A stretch of 60,504 nt of DNA from a virus. Its lineage: Duplodnaviria > Caudoviricetes. Both the position numbers and the translations under genes were made by a program. The stretch is from the IMG/VR virus record IMGVR_UViG_3300023210_000036, positions 1 through 60,504 of that record, one strand, 5' to 3'. Below, in pieces: positions 41,587-52,652 of this stretch (position 1 is the first letter of the stretch; each line of letters opens with the position of its first letter). A model generated the notes under the pieces. The model saw only the letters and a program-made list of their open reading frames with translations. It ran no database searches and had not been told where the DNA came from.

Positions 41587-42291
41587 TTAATTATTTCTTT
41601 CTGCAGCTGCTTGTCCTCTTTGTTGCTGATAAATATTCTCTATGTCACCTGCTATAATTGAAGCGGCATCATCTAACATTAATTCTGCCAAATCATCTTT
41701 AAATTCACAATCAATATTAACTGTGGAAACAAGTCCTGTATATGGATCAACACAATTTAGAATTTCAATATATACAGGTTGTCTATAATATGTTAATACT
41801 GGATTAACAATAGCAAAGTCTGTATTTCTATATATTCTAATTGTATTATTTATCATTGTACAGAACGTTTCTCCCCATTCAAAGTCCGGATTTTTTAATG
41901 GATCTCTAAGAAGTAAAGGAACATTGGCCTCTTCAGCTAAATACACAGTCATACTTCTAACAGGACAACAATCAGTTTGAGCATCTGTACTCACTCTTTT
42001 ATATTCTAAATATGCACCTGTTGGAAAATTATCACTTTCAAAATAATCATCTGTAGATGTTCCTGTTAGTGATAACTCAATCAACAGGGGTTGTAAATCA
42101 TCAATTCTTTTTTTTGATAACTCATCACCTTCCTTATACATATTACCCCCGTGTAAATTTCTTCTACACCATTCTACTTGAGCTTTATTAAAAGCCTCAA
42201 CAAACTGCCAACATTCTATATTATCATAGTCTTGACTATCTAGTTTATTTAATCTTTGCTTAAGTTTAATTAATAGGGTATTATTATTCAT
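41587..42291 (-). CDS. Head-tail ring/adaptor protein
   Basis: LNKLDSQ...FNKAQ...KRIDDLQPLL...LTYYRQP pattern; crAss-like MCP-downstream synteny. Confidence 0.6.
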   Translation of the reverse strand: MNNNTLLIKLKQRLNKLDSQDYDNIECWQFVEAFNKAQVEWCRRNLHGGNMYKEGDELSKKRIDDLQPLLIELSLTGTSTDDYFESDNFPTGAYLEYKRVSTDAQTDCCPVRSMTVYLAEEANVPLLLRDPLKNPDFEWGETFCTMINNTIRIYRNTDFAIVNPVLTYYRQPVYIEILNCVDPYTGLVSTVNIDCEFKDDLAELMLDDAASIIAGDIENIYQQQRGQAAAERNN

Positions 42292-42302
42292 TGTCTATAT
42301 AA

Positions 42303-43319
42303 TTAAGAAGCCCAGTAGGGTTCAACTTTATCTAAAATAGCCATCAGTGATTCTTCATTTTCAGGCTTCCTTAAAAATTCAAAACATTCTGCAGGACTTT
42401 TTCCTAGTCTAATACCACTATCAATTGGTTCAATCCAACCCCCAGCTTTAGTAGTTATAAATCTATAGTATAAAGCATCTTTTACTAATGCCCTTATTTT
42501 TAATTCTTCCATAGTAAGCTTAGATACTTCAAGAAATTGACTAGCAGCTTTTTTCTTTGAAGACTCTGTGCCTAACCCATTAATATAATTATCCATATTT
42601 TCATATAGAATATCATTAGGGGTAGACTTAATGTATTGTACACTATCTGTATCACATATTTTAGCAACATACATTAATTTAGTTGTATTAGTGTCATAGA
42701 GCTTTTGTAATTCAACTAAAGATTTATTTTTTAATTTACTTAATTCTGTACGTGTACTTAAACTTTCTTCTGCCGTATCTAAATAAAATTTAGGCGCAGT
42801 TGCTGCTTCTTTAGCGCTCCTTAATGATTTTGCAACAATAGAGAATCCTCCAGCGTTTATTGCATATAATTTAATTAAATCATAAGGATCTTTTGTAGGA
42901 TCTAAAAATACAGGATCATTGCCACATCTTAATGAAATCTTATCCCAAAAATCAGAATTATCAGGTTTCATTACAGTTAATTTATTCCAAAAATCTTTGT
43001 CTTCCGGATCTACTACATTAGCCGCTAATTCAGCTTCTAATTGTGCAACAGCAGTTCTTATTTCAGAAATCTTAGCTTTCTTTTTTTCTTTAGAAAGCAT
43101 TTTTACTTCTGGAGCAAATTCATTAAGTCCTGTTACATAGCGTTTTATACCGTTTATTTCTAAACAAGCTAGATTCTCTTCATGGTATACTCCGTCATGG
43201 AGAGATAATCCATATTGTTCTAGTCCCATATTTTCTTTACCCGGAGTAAAAAAAGGACGCACTGCTATAGTGGGTTTTTTTCCTTGTTGATACTTTTCTA
43301 CAATTGTGTAATCACTCAT
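42303..43319 (-). CDS. Conserved capsid-module protein downstream of MCP
   Basis: 338-aa ORF; position typical of the conserved crAss-like capsid gene block. Confidence 0.5.
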   Translation of the reverse strand: MSDYTIVEKYQQGKKPTIAVRPFFTPGKENMGLEQYGLSLHDGVYHEENLACLEINGIKRYVTGLNEFAPEVKMLSKEKKKAKISEIRTAVAQLEAELAANVVDPEDKDFWNKLTVMKPDNSDFWDKISLRCGNDPVFLDPTKDPYDLIKLYAINAGGFSIVAKSLRSAKEAATAPKFYLDTAEESLSTRTELSKLKNKSLVELQKLYDTNTTKLMYVAKICDTDSVQYIKSTPNDILYENMDNYINGLGTESSKKKAASQFLEVSKLTMEELKIRALVKDALYYRFITTKAGGWIEPIDSGIRLGKSPAECFEFLRKPENEESLMAILDKVEPYWAS

Positions 43320-43433
43320 TATTATTTTGGTTTTAAAATTAGTAAATGTTTATAATCAAAGGTACATAAAATATGTACAGTTTATTTATTAATAATTTCT
43401 AAAGTAAGGTTTTACCCTTACTAAAGTTTTTGA

Positions 43434-43634
43434 TTATGCATCATAAACAATTTTTAACAATCCTGCAGTATGATATAAATCTCCATTAACTAGACCGGCT
43501 GCTTTTGCAGCAGTATTACTTACATGCGCTCTAGTTAAAATATCTTTACCAACTGCTGTTGAAGCAATTATTTTAGATACACCTAAATTAGTAAATTCAG
43601 TTGTTTTATTTGCCTTTTTTATAGATAGTCCCAT
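43434..43634 (-). CDS. Small hypothetical (possible head fibre/decoration) protein
   Basis: AAKAAGLVNGDLYHT motif seen in phage fibre tips. Confidence 0.5.
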   Translation of the reverse strand: MGLSIKKANKTTEFTNLGVSKIIASTAVGKDILTRAHVSNTAAKAAGLVNGDLYHTAGLLKIVYDA

Positions 43635-43660
43635 TATTATATTTTTAAAAGATTAAAGAA

Positions 43661-43684
43661 AAGGGGAGGGATTAGCCTCCCCTT
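43661..43684 (-). terminator. Rho-independent terminator after MCP
   Basis: AAGGGGAGG/CCTCCCCTT stem followed by TTCTTT on the minus strand. Confidence 0.85.
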
Positions 43685-43703
43685 ATCATATCAAAAAGTG
43701 TTC

Positions 43704-45323
43704 TTAGAATGAACCGCCTGTGACTGGGTTTCTCATTACAATTTTAAGAACTTTAGTTGGATCTTTCACCCAAATAGCAGGCATAGTTTGAGTCATCATT
43801 ACTCTATAACCATTGAAGTTTCCAGTAGAAGCAAATCCTTGAGATCTTCCCATGTAGTCCATAGTACCGTTCTGGTAGAACCACTTAAGTTGATTATCCC
43901 AAGAAAGCTTTAACAAGTGAATGTTATCATTTCCTTCATCTGTTACGTCAAAGATAATAAAGCTATAAGAACTTAGAGGACGACCATCAATTAATGGGTT
44001 CTCAATGTCATTAGTATTCAAGTTATCAAATGCTGGATTTAATACAAACTTAACGTTAGCTAAGAACGGAATAGTAAAGCTTGTGTAAGCAAAACCATAA
44101 TCTAAATCCATACCAGAACCTTTAACAGCTCCAATCTCAGAAGCATTTTGAACTAATCCTGAACCATACACTTCATCAGCAATAGCCTTATTAATCAATT
44201 GCATTCCTGCAATACCTGTTTGTACAACAAGTGATCTTTGTGGGTCTGGACCTTTAAACTCAACTTTACCTTGGTAGAAGTTGTAAAGTTCAGACTTAAA
44301 CATATCAAGTGTAAATGAAGACTTGTTATATACTCTCTTGAAAGAGTTATCTAACTGCGCCCATAAACCTACAGACAATCTAATATCATCTGGTCCATCT
44401 TGCTTAATTCTACCACCTTTACCCCACATTAGGTAAGTTTCAATATCCGTTGCAATTTTAGATAAGTGAGCTGCTTCCATATTTGTAATGAAAGTTCTTG
44501 TTAAAGTTCCATTTTCAAATGCTTCTCTAGCTCCTGCTTTACCCATGTTTGCTACAAGCCCTTCAATACTAGGTACAGATGGGTTGTTTGGATCAGTGTT
44601 AAAGTTTCTCCAGATCTCCGTTACTGGAACAGTACCATCAGCGTTTAAACCACCTTTGATCATTAAGTCTGCTCTTGAAGAAATTGAATAGTGAACGTGT
44701 GCTTCTGCTCCACCTACAAAGTTGTAGAATTCACGGAAACCAGAACCTGTTTCAATATCAGAGAATCTTTCACCATACTCGCCTCTTGCAGAACCTTTTC
44801 TAAAGTACTTTGTACCTTTAGCTAAGTATTTTTCATCTAAGGAAACGGTGTTATTGTTATTTACTAATTGAACAGTATAAATGAAACCATCACCTGCTGG
44901 GATAATATCATCCGCAGTAATGTAAAGTTCCAAACCATTATACTTGTCATAAGTGATAATATCACCATGACCAAAGGTTCTTTTAGAAATTTTAATTTTA
45001 AAGGTTGTTCCGTCAATACCTTTAGTTGTGTTTGCTGCATCAACATCTGCCACAATATAGGGTAGATCTTGTGCAATAGGAGTTTGCCATTTGTACTCAC
45101 CGCGAGCGTTGTCTACCATGATAGTGTTCTTTCCACCAAAGGAAGCCATTTGATACAAAGGCATTTCTACCTTCTGGGTCATTGCCCAAAGATCTACTGG
45201 TCCCATATCCATAGGCTCAGCGTTGCCGAGCATTTGAGTTAGGTGATAAGAATCTACATGAGAACTAGCTTTGTAGCTTGTATCTCTCAGGAAAATTCCA
45301 TTATTTAATACTGGTGTTGCCAT
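43704..45323 (-). CDS. Major capsid protein
   Basis: 539 aa; order terminase-portal-scaffold-MCP; biased codon use; strong terminator; ETYLMWGKG...GLWAQL and WVKDPTK motifs. Confidence 0.8.
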   Translation of the reverse strand: MATPVLNNGIFLRDTSYKASSHVDSYHLTQMLGNAEPMDMGPVDLWAMTQKVEMPLYQMASFGGKNTIMVDNARGEYKWQTPIAQDLPYIVADVDAANTTKGIDGTTFKIKISKRTFGHGDIITYDKYNGLELYITADDIIPAGDGFIYTVQLVNNNNTVSLDEKYLAKGTKYFRKGSARGEYGERFSDIETGSGFREFYNFVGGAEAHVHYSISSRADLMIKGGLNADGTVPVTEIWRNFNTDPNNPSVPSIEGLVANMGKAGAREAFENGTLTRTFITNMEAAHLSKIATDIETYLMWGKGGRIKQDGPDDIRLSVGLWAQLDNSFKRVYNKSSFTLDMFKSELYNFYQGKVEFKGPDPQRSLVVQTGIAGMQLINKAIADEVYGSGLVQNASEIGAVKGSGMDLDYGFAYTSFTIPFLANVKFVLNPAFDNLNTNDIENPLIDGRPLSSYSFIIFDVTDEGNDNIHLLKLSWDNQLKWFYQNGTMDYMGRSQGFASTGNFNGYRVMMTQTMPAIWVKDPTKVLKIVMRNPVTGGSF

Positions 45324-45364
45324 AATTTTGAATTGTTTTTAATTAGTGTTTATATTTATGATTA

Positions 45365-46681
45365 TTAAATCCTTTTGAAAATGTTGTTGGTCCTTTGTAA
45401 TTTCTTACCTTTTGGTTTTCTTTTTGTATCCTCGCTTTCTTGTACACCAAGAGAAGCTGAACTATTACTTGCAGCTGCAGTTTTTAATTTTCTTACAGTT
45501 GTCTCAACACTTTTTTGAGCCCCTTTATCCATGATTTTTGCTTTGTATCCATTTGGATCAGACAATAACCATAGAGCTTCAGAAATTAAAGTATAATTTG
45601 GTTCAACAAACTGATACTTTTCTAAAAGGTGTCCTAATAAGTTTGTGTTCTTTCCACTCACTGATGGGTAACTAGGTTGCACTAAGCCGTTATATAACAT
45701 AGCTTGTGTCTTTCTATCTACTTTGATATCTCCTAAATTTCCTTCTTTAAGCGTTTCATATACATTAGACATGTATTGTTTAGAAGCATGCTCTTGTTGT
45801 TTTCTTTTTAAGTCTTGCTCTTGAAGCTTTTTACCAACAATTTTTTCTTGCATCTTATCCAACTTAGGTTTAAACTTAGAAGCCTGTTTTTCAAGCTTTC
45901 CCAAGTCTTTCCAGATTTCTATTTCTTCAGCAATTTCTTCTGAAGTTCCGTAACCTGTTGCACCTAAATATTCTTTAATAATTGTTTCTTGATCTGCTTC
46001 AGATTTAATGTTGAGTGATTTAGTTTCTTCTACACTACCTAAAGTATTAAACAAACCTTTTAAATCTTGTCCTCCATCTGCAACATATCTTGCAGCAATC
46101 TGTAATTCTTCTGGTAAACTTGCAAAAAATTGTTTGGGTGTTTCACGCCTTACTTGATTAGCTCTTTCTTCTAAGTTAGCTTCAATTAATTCTTCCCAAT
46201 CTTTAGCCGTGTAATCATTAAATGATTTATCATCATCAAATGGTACAATTTTTTCAGACTTAACCAGTTTGTCAAATACATCAGAAATACCAGATATAGA
46301 TTTTCTACCTCTTGTTTCTTTTTTTTCAAGATCCTCTTCAGTTTCATCATCTAAAGTATCAAGGATATCTTTTACATCTTCTGTTTTAGCTTCAACCTTA
46401 TCTTGGCTTTCTACTAACTCATCTAATGTTTCTTCTGAAGCAGAATCAGAATCTTTTACTGTGTCCTCTGCTTTTTTACTTAAATCATCTACTTTATCAT
46501 CATCAGTATCTGCAAATGAAAAATCTGCTTTTTCATTTAAACCAGATAAAATGCTTGGCTTAGTTTTGGTTTCATTAGGCAATGTAATATCACTGCCGCT
46601 AGGAGCGCCATTGAATATTTCATCTAAGTTTACATCTAATGTTTCTACCTTACTATTCACTGTAGTTTCTTTTGTATTCAT
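45365..46681 (-). CDS. Putative scaffolding protein
   Basis: Highly acidic N-terminus, coiled coil, basic C-terminal tail; between portal and MCP. Confidence 0.65.
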   Translation of the reverse strand: MNTKETTVNSKVETLDVNLDEIFNGAPSGSDITLPNETKTKPSILSGLNEKADFSFADTDDDKVDDLSKKAEDTVKDSDSASEETLDELVESQDKVEAKTEDVKDILDTLDDETEEDLEKKETRGRKSISGISDVFDKLVKSEKIVPFDDDKSFNDYTAKDWEELIEANLEERANQVRRETPKQFFASLPEELQIAARYVADGGQDLKGLFNTLGSVEETKSLNIKSEADQETIIKEYLGATGYGTSEEIAEEIEIWKDLGKLEKQASKFKPKLDKMQEKIVGKKLQEQDLKRKQQEHASKQYMSNVYETLKEGNLGDIKVDRKTQAMLYNGLVQPSYPSVSGKNTNLLGHLLEKYQFVEPNYTLISEALWLLSDPNGYKAKIMDKGAQKSVETTVRKLKTAAASNSSASLGVQESEDTKRKPKGKKLQRTNNIFKRI

Positions 46682-46816
46682 AATATTGTTGGTTTTATTA
46701 TTTAGTACGACTGCTTATATATACAATATAATAAAAGTTTACGTATGATACAACATATTAAACTTATAATATTTTACTATAATGCAATGTTTTTAGCAGT
46801 ATATAGCTAACGCCAA

Positions 46817-49573
46817 TTATTTGTCCTTAGATTTTTTAGAATCTTTGACATCGTACTTATTTTTGTTCTCTCTGGCAATTTCTAAATCTTTGCTGGCAAC
46901 ATCTCTTGTAGCAGCAATTTTTTCTCGCTCAACTTGGAGTCTTTCTTTTTCCAAAGTTCCTTTCATTGCCATCTCATCACGCTTCATATTAGTCTGTTCT
47001 TGATATCTTGTGGTTTCTCTAATTTCTTTCATAGCATCTTGATAATCAGACACTTTGTTTTCATTTATATCAACCATAGAACCATAACCAGCTGCTCTAA
47101 TTTCTGCAATTGTAATATCATTCTGTCTATCTTTTTCATTTTCAGACATTTCAGCTTGAAGTTTCTGTTGTTCTTCTTGCGCTTTAGCTTGAAGTTGTTG
47201 TTCTTGCATTTGACGTTCTTGCTGCATTTGTTGAGCTCTTTCTTGTTCTACTCTTACTTCTGAGTCTTTTAAGATATCAGTTACTTCAGAAATAGAGTCA
47301 GCTTTAACAATGTTTCCAAGTTCGTATATAGAAGCTCCTGTAGTATTATTAGTTAATGCCATTTGCTTTAACTGTTCTAAAATGGCTCTGTGATTAGTCT
47401 TAGTAGTTGCAAAGACATTAAAATCTCTAAGCAATAGATCAGTCCCATTTATAACAAAATTAACTTTTTGGGCCTCTGTAGAAATATATGATAGTCTAAC
47501 ACTGGGATTAGTACTATTATAGTACTGAGCTAAATCAGTTCTCATTTGATGAACTCTAGGCATTAAGTGATCAGAGTGCTGTACAAAGTATATTTCTGTC
47601 TGAGCATATGATTGCTGCATAGCATTAACTACTCCTGTTGCTGTTTCTGCAGATACTGCACCCCCTAAACGTTGTGGGTTTATACCAATAGAATCAAAAC
47701 ACTGTTGTTTAAAGTGATTTGCTAATGAGATTCTACCCATTAACCTACTAGTCTGCTCCATATTAAGAGTCTGATAGTGATTAAAGTTGGTAGCATTTTC
47801 TGTATTAGTGATAGATGTGTCTAATGGTAGCATCTGAAAATCTTTCATTGCTACATATGCTTTGGCATAATTGTTTTTACCCCAGTCTTCTCCCATTGAG
47901 TGACGTGGTAATGCATTCTGATCAAACATAATTACTGTTCCTAGCTCATCAATAAGGATATCAGCTATCTGGTTATTAACCATATTGTATCCTACTTGAT
48001 ATGCTTTCATTAAATCCACTAAAGATGTAGATCTAGTATTTCTATCTGAAAACACTCTTCCTTCTACAGGAAGTTTACATCCATACAGCGAATTCTCTCC
48101 TTTAAATTGGAAAGGTAGTCTTCCAGGTTTGTCTCTATTAATTCCTAAATAAATAGGATTAACATTATCATCCATGGTAGTTTGCCACATAGCGGGAACA
48201 TTGGGTCCTATTTTAACCCCGCCCCATGTTTCATTAATCCAAATCCAGTCAATGTGCTCACCTTGCAACAATGTATCTTTAGATTTATTTTTAAAGATAG
48301 ATGTATCATAAACAGCTTTCTCTGTTATTTTAAAAGTTTCATCAATTATCTCTTGAGTTACTTCTCCATCAAATTCTATTTTAGTCAAGTGCCCAACTTT
48401 ACGTTGTGTCTTCCAGTAGATTGTTGAAACACGCATTAAATTCCCATCACCCCATTGCTCTAAGTCTTCACTTTGAGAAAGGATCTGTGTTAATATATCC
48501 CCACCTCGTGCAGGATCAGCCATATAGTTGCTTGCATATTGTCTATACGCTAAGCCCGGCATTTCAGTATTCCATGCATGTGATCTAGTTGCATCATAAT
48601 ATGACCCATCATTTTGATAACCATTTACTTGATATTGAGCTGAACGTGCGGGATATATTCTCTGCAATGATGAGAGCTGTCTCTCATCCATTAAATAACC
48701 ATACTTGTCTACCACATCAGATACAGTCATTAAATCTACTTTACCTACATAGTTTGAATCTGCTATATATCTTTGATCTGGGGATTTTTGATAAAATGTC
48801 AAGACAGGATTCCATAACTCTACATCATAATCATCTTCTAACATGCGGAAATGCCAAAACTCTCTATCTGCAATAAGCATATCTCTAAAACCTCTTTCTT
48901 CAAGCTCTTGCATTTTAAATCTCTCCTCATCAACATTTAATTGATGAGTTGCCCATTCCTCTACACTACTTCTGTAAGACTTGCTAAAGTAGTCCTCTAT
49001 TTCAGGAAGGGTTTTTAAATTATCTGGTGATAATTGTTGTTGTGCTTCTTCTGAACCAGGATCCATTCCTGCTTCAATCATTTTTCCAACTAGATTTCTT
49101 TCTGCATCAGCCAATAAAGATTCTTCTATTTCAGATTTTTTTAGTTCAAGCATTTCATTGTATGACTTATCATCAACTGCTCTAAATTGTACTTTGTTAT
49201 ATCTTTTGGTAAACTCCCCGCTTAGTACATTAATGACATTTGGTACAATAGGATAAAATTTAAGTTCTAACGCAGAATCATTTTCTTTTGTTAGAACATC
49301 CATCATTTCTTTATAATCATTATCTTCCTCAACAATATAATCTGACTTATCAATAATACCTTTGGCTAACTTATAATTTTTTAAAAGTCTTCTAGCATTA
49401 GTTCTTAAAAACTCCACACCTTGTAATTCTAACCAATCTAAATTCCATGCCGCCCAATCATCAGTTTTTTCTGAATATGGTAAAAACTGTATAGGTTGAG
49501 TTAAACTAGAATACGTAGGGCCTCCTTCTGCCTTAGCTCCACTTTTTAACTGCATTGCATTTAATACTCTCAT
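46817..49573 (-). CDS. Portal protein
   Basis: 918 aa directly after terminase; YPIVPNVINVLSGE, SLVDLMKAYQ, GINPQRLG; Gln-rich coiled-coil C-terminus. Confidence 0.85.
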   Translation of the reverse strand: MRVLNAMQLKSGAKAEGGPTYSSLTQPIQFLPYSEKTDDWAAWNLDWLELQGVEFLRTNARRLLKNYKLAKGIIDKSDYIVEEDNDYKEMMDVLTKENDSALELKFYPIVPNVINVLSGEFTKRYNKVQFRAVDDKSYNEMLELKKSEIEESLLADAERNLVGKMIEAGMDPGSEEAQQQLSPDNLKTLPEIEDYFSKSYRSSVEEWATHQLNVDEERFKMQELEERGFRDMLIADREFWHFRMLEDDYDVELWNPVLTFYQKSPDQRYIADSNYVGKVDLMTVSDVVDKYGYLMDERQLSSLQRIYPARSAQYQVNGYQNDGSYYDATRSHAWNTEMPGLAYRQYASNYMADPARGGDILTQILSQSEDLEQWGDGNLMRVSTIYWKTQRKVGHLTKIEFDGEVTQEIIDETFKITEKAVYDTSIFKNKSKDTLLQGEHIDWIWINETWGGVKIGPNVPAMWQTTMDDNVNPIYLGINRDKPGRLPFQFKGENSLYGCKLPVEGRVFSDRNTRSTSLVDLMKAYQVGYNMVNNQIADILIDELGTVIMFDQNALPRHSMGEDWGKNNYAKAYVAMKDFQMLPLDTSITNTENATNFNHYQTLNMEQTSRLMGRISLANHFKQQCFDSIGINPQRLGGAVSAETATGVVNAMQQSYAQTEIYFVQHSDHLMPRVHQMRTDLAQYYNSTNPSVRLSYISTEAQKVNFVINGTDLLLRDFNVFATTKTNHRAILEQLKQMALTNNTTGASIYELGNIVKADSISEVTDILKDSEVRVEQERAQQMQQERQMQEQQLQAKAQEEQQKLQAEMSENEKDRQNDITIAEIRAAGYGSMVDINENKVSDYQDAMKEIRETTRYQEQTNMKRDEMAMKGTLEKERLQVEREKIAATRDVASKDLEIARENKNKYDVKDSKKSKDK

Positions 49574-49594
49574 TCCGTATTTATTTAATTGGGT

Positions 49595-51781
49595 CTATTT
49601 ATAATTTTTAAATCCAGACCTTTTGGGTCTATTGCTATTGGGCTTAGATGATCGTCCAATATTTTTAAACGGACTATACTTTAATTTACCAATTTTTTCT
49701 GAATTTACCAAAGATTTAGCCTCTGATTCGCGTCTTTTTGAATAACCCCTATTTGATTGTTGTATTTTTGCAAAAGCAACTAGTGCACCGAATGCAACCA
49801 ACCTATCCACGTTTAGTCCAGGATAGTATGCTAACATTTCCTTTATAAGCATGGGATCCGGGATTCTTTCCACACCTAAAGTTTGTGAAATTACAACACC
49901 ATTAATATCTGTATCTTCATCAATTACTTCTCTTAAAAATTCTATTGCATAAGAAATTAAATGGCTCTTAAAAAGTGTACCTGTATTTTTCCACCCGTAT
50001 TCCTGATAAACAGTTTTATTAGCACCTATATCTTTTAGAAATAAAATCTGTTGTTTAGGAACTAAATACTTTTGTTTTTTTCTTGCTATCATATGCTGAA
50101 TAAATAATGAAATGTTATTCTCCACTATTGTCCATGCATTATACCACTCTATAATTAATTCTAATCTTTCATGTGTTTTATTGATATCATCAAATCTACC
50201 ACACCAAGCGGCCACCACTTTGTCTTTTTCTAGAAATTGCTCAACATCACCAGCTGAGGTAGTTCTAGTTACTTCAGTTGCATTCTTATATACAAAAATG
50301 CTACATAAAGAGTCAGATGTTGTAGTCTTACCTTCTGATACGGGGTCAATGGATGCATAGTATGCTCCAAATCCTGGTGATGGTATGGGTCTTTCCCAGA
50401 CTACTAAAGTTCCTGTTTTATCTATTTGTTTTTTATCTACTGGAAATTTAGATATAGGTAACTTATTAGTTCTTTTAGCTGATATACCTTTCTCATCTCT
50501 ATCTAACTCAATTAGCTCATAAGGATATTCTTTTTCTTCAATTCTTTTCTGTTGTCTAGTTAACACTCCTTGTGGGAATATAGATGCTTTCCTGTATGCA
50601 AAAGCTTCTGCTATATTCATTGGTTTCTGAGAAATTCTTAATTGAAACTGCTCTCCATTTAATTCATTTTTCCATTTATCTCTTTCTTCAATAACTGCTT
50701 TAACTGCTTCTTCCACTAATGAGTTGCCGTATTTGTCAATATAAGGGGGCATAGACCATTGTTCTGGTATAAAGAGTCCTGCCATACCTATAGCACCATC
50801 AGCATCCATCAGGTTTGTTTCTACTGCATATATATCATTTGCTTTAGGATTTAGAATCATTTCCTTTAGTGGGTTACATTGTTGTAAATCTCCCACTGAC
50901 CCCGCAGCTATAAACATACCTGTAGTCATCATTCCAGATGACATAGCTGGGCGTAAATACTCGTATGTGTCTGACATCTTAGGCGCAATACCCGCTTCCT
51001 CATGGAAAAATATTGTGCATGGTCCACCCACACCTGTGGTAGCATTTTTTTCAAATGATCCCCCTTGTATTTTAGACTTTAATCCCCTTGCTGTTTTTCT
51101 ATTACCTACTTTAACTTCAATCTGCTGTTGCCATAACAAAACCTTTTCAGGATTACTAGGTCTATACCATGCGGTGTGCTCATTAAGGAATGTTTTATAT
51201 TCATCCAAAAACTTCCAAGATCCTTTATCATTAATGAAATCTTTTAGGGATGCCCCTATTTTACATATACTACCTTCCTCAAACCAATACATATTTATAA
51301 TCTTTCCCATATGAAAATATGAGGAAGCTATCTGACGTTTTTTTAGTATTGCAGCATGTTTGTTATTTAACTCCGCCAATAATTCATATAAAGCCATATG
51401 ATACTGAGCATCTCTTACTTTTGCAAAACCATATTTTTTTTCTTCCTTATCAAAGATTGGTAAAAAGTTTAACCACATATAATAATCTCTAGTTAGGAAA
51501 AAACTTTTTCCTCCGCCTTTATATATTACACCTTCTCTGCATTTATTTTTTTGGTCTTCCCAGTAGCTAGTAAAGTCTTTAGACCTAAATGGTTTATTAC
51601 AATAGTATCCTTGTTTATTAAAATTTATGGCCTCTATATTAAATTTAAAAGACATATCATTAAGGCCATAGAGTCCAGGTTCACTAAATATACTTAATAT
51701 ATATTCAATAAATGCAGGTTCATCTATAAACTCTGTAGTTCCCCATTCACCATTATGATATGTAGGTACAATTTTATACAT
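49595..51781 (-). CDS. terL: Terminase large subunit
   Basis: Walker A-like LKKRQIASS, Walker B FFHEEAG, nuclease YYASIDPV, IVENN and NVDRL motifs. Confidence 0.9.
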   Translation of the reverse strand: MYKIVPTYHNGEWGTTEFIDEPAFIEYILSIFSEPGLYGLNDMSFKFNIEAINFNKQGYYCNKPFRSKDFTSYWEDQKNKCREGVIYKGGGKSFFLTRDYYMWLNFLPIFDKEEKKYGFAKVRDAQYHMALYELLAELNNKHAAILKKRQIASSYFHMGKIINMYWFEEGSICKIGASLKDFINDKGSWKFLDEYKTFLNEHTAWYRPSNPEKVLLWQQQIEVKVGNRKTARGLKSKIQGGSFEKNATTGVGGPCTIFFHEEAGIAPKMSDTYEYLRPAMSSGMMTTGMFIAAGSVGDLQQCNPLKEMILNPKANDIYAVETNLMDADGAIGMAGLFIPEQWSMPPYIDKYGNSLVEEAVKAVIEERDKWKNELNGEQFQLRISQKPMNIAEAFAYRKASIFPQGVLTRQQKRIEEKEYPYELIELDRDEKGISAKRTNKLPISKFPVDKKQIDKTGTLVVWERPIPSPGFGAYYASIDPVSEGKTTTSDSLCSIFVYKNATEVTRTTSAGDVEQFLEKDKVVAAWCGRFDDINKTHERLELIIEWYNAWTIVENNISLFIQHMIARKKQKYLVPKQQILFLKDIGANKTVYQEYGWKNTGTLFKSHLISYAIEFLREVIDEDTDINGVVISQTLGVERIPDPMLIKEMLAYYPGLNVDRLVAFGALVAFAKIQQSNRGYSKRRESEAKSLVNSEKIGKLKYSPFKNIGRSSKPNSNRPKRSGFKNYK

Positions 51782-52049
51782 CTACTAGAATTGCAAATAC
51801 ATCTCCCTCCTGGATAAGTAAATGATCTTCTCCATCATGTTGCATTGTGGTTGGTAGGCAGTGCTCTGTGTATTGTACAACATCACCCACTTTAATTTCT
51901 TCAACAGATTTACCTATTCCTACAACAGTACCTTTATATTCTTTCTTCTGTGCTATTTCCGGTAGATACAAACCCGAATCTGTTTTAGTTTTAGCTTTTT
52001 TCTGTTTGATCAGTAATTTTTTTCCCACTGGTATTACTTGTTGTTTCAT
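51774..52049 (-). CDS. groES: Co-chaperonin GroES (Cpn10)
   Basis: PVGKKLLIK...KTDSGLYLP...GTVVGIG...IKVGDVVQY...LLIQEGDVFAIL. Confidence 0.9.
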   Translation of the reverse strand: MKQQVIPVGKKLLIKQKKAKTKTDSGLYLPEIAQKKEYKGTVVGIGKSVEEIKVGDVVQYTEHCLPTTMQHDGEDHLLIQEGDVFAILVDV

Positions 52050-52131
52050 CTTTTTTTGGTTTTATTTTGTTTAAAAATACTGGTTCATCCCAATAGCAAA
52101 AATGCCAGGAATCTTTTTTATTATTACTCAT
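51991..52131 (-). CDS. Possible small protein (46 aa)
   Basis: ATG overlaps the upstream stop (TAATG); MSNNKKDSWHFCYWDEPVFLNK...; 3' end overlaps groES. Confidence 0.35.
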   Translation of the reverse strand: MSNNKKDSWHFCYWDEPVFLNKIKPKKDETTSNTSGKKITDQTEKS

Positions 52132-52649
52132 TATAATTGATCATAAGCTAGACCGGCTCCTCCGCGTACAGAACTTTCTTGTTCTTGTTTCATATCTGTA
52201 AATGCTCCTTTGTAAGAAGATCTAATTTGTTCAAACTTAGCTGCTGCGTTGACCATGGCATTTATATTACCATCTCTACCATGTTCTATTGCAGTAACTT
52301 CCATATACTTGGCTAGTCTATCAAGCATTGATTTGATTCCTACATATGCTCTGTACGTGGGTGTTTCATACATCTTTTTACACATGTCCAATGCATATCT
52401 TATTTTTCCATCCTCTGGTGAATCCTCTAGACCCACTTCTTCTATGATGATGTCTTCTTTTTCATGTTCGGGTAAATTAAAGAAGGGATTTAAGTCTGGG
52501 TTGGGGCAACTCATATAAAATATATACTGATATACCTGCATGTATGAGTCTGGGTACTTGGTCATTATCACTTTTAAAAAAGGTAGGGTATAACAGTGTT
52601 CTGTTACTACAACTTTGCTATTCTGTATATCAAATAATCTTACTATCAT
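52131..52649 (-). CDS. Conserved hypothetical protein, candidate small terminase
   Basis: 172 aa, helical, ends VRGGAGLAYDQ; close upstream of terL. The TerS role is positional inference only. Confidence 0.4.
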   Translation of the reverse strand: MIVRLFDIQNSKVVVTEHCYTLPFLKVIMTKYPDSYMQVYQYIFYMSCPNPDLNPFFNLPEHEKEDIIIEEVGLEDSPEDGKIRYALDMCKKMYETPTYRAYVGIKSMLDRLAKYMEVTAIEHGRDGNINAMVNAAAKFEQIRSSYKGAFTDMKQEQESSVRGGAGLAYDQL

Positions 52650-52652
52650 GGT

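Noticed and set aside
43704-51781. Introns or inteins in terminase, portal or MCP
   Set aside because: ORFs are continuous, of plausible size, and show no intein or homing-endonuclease motifs.
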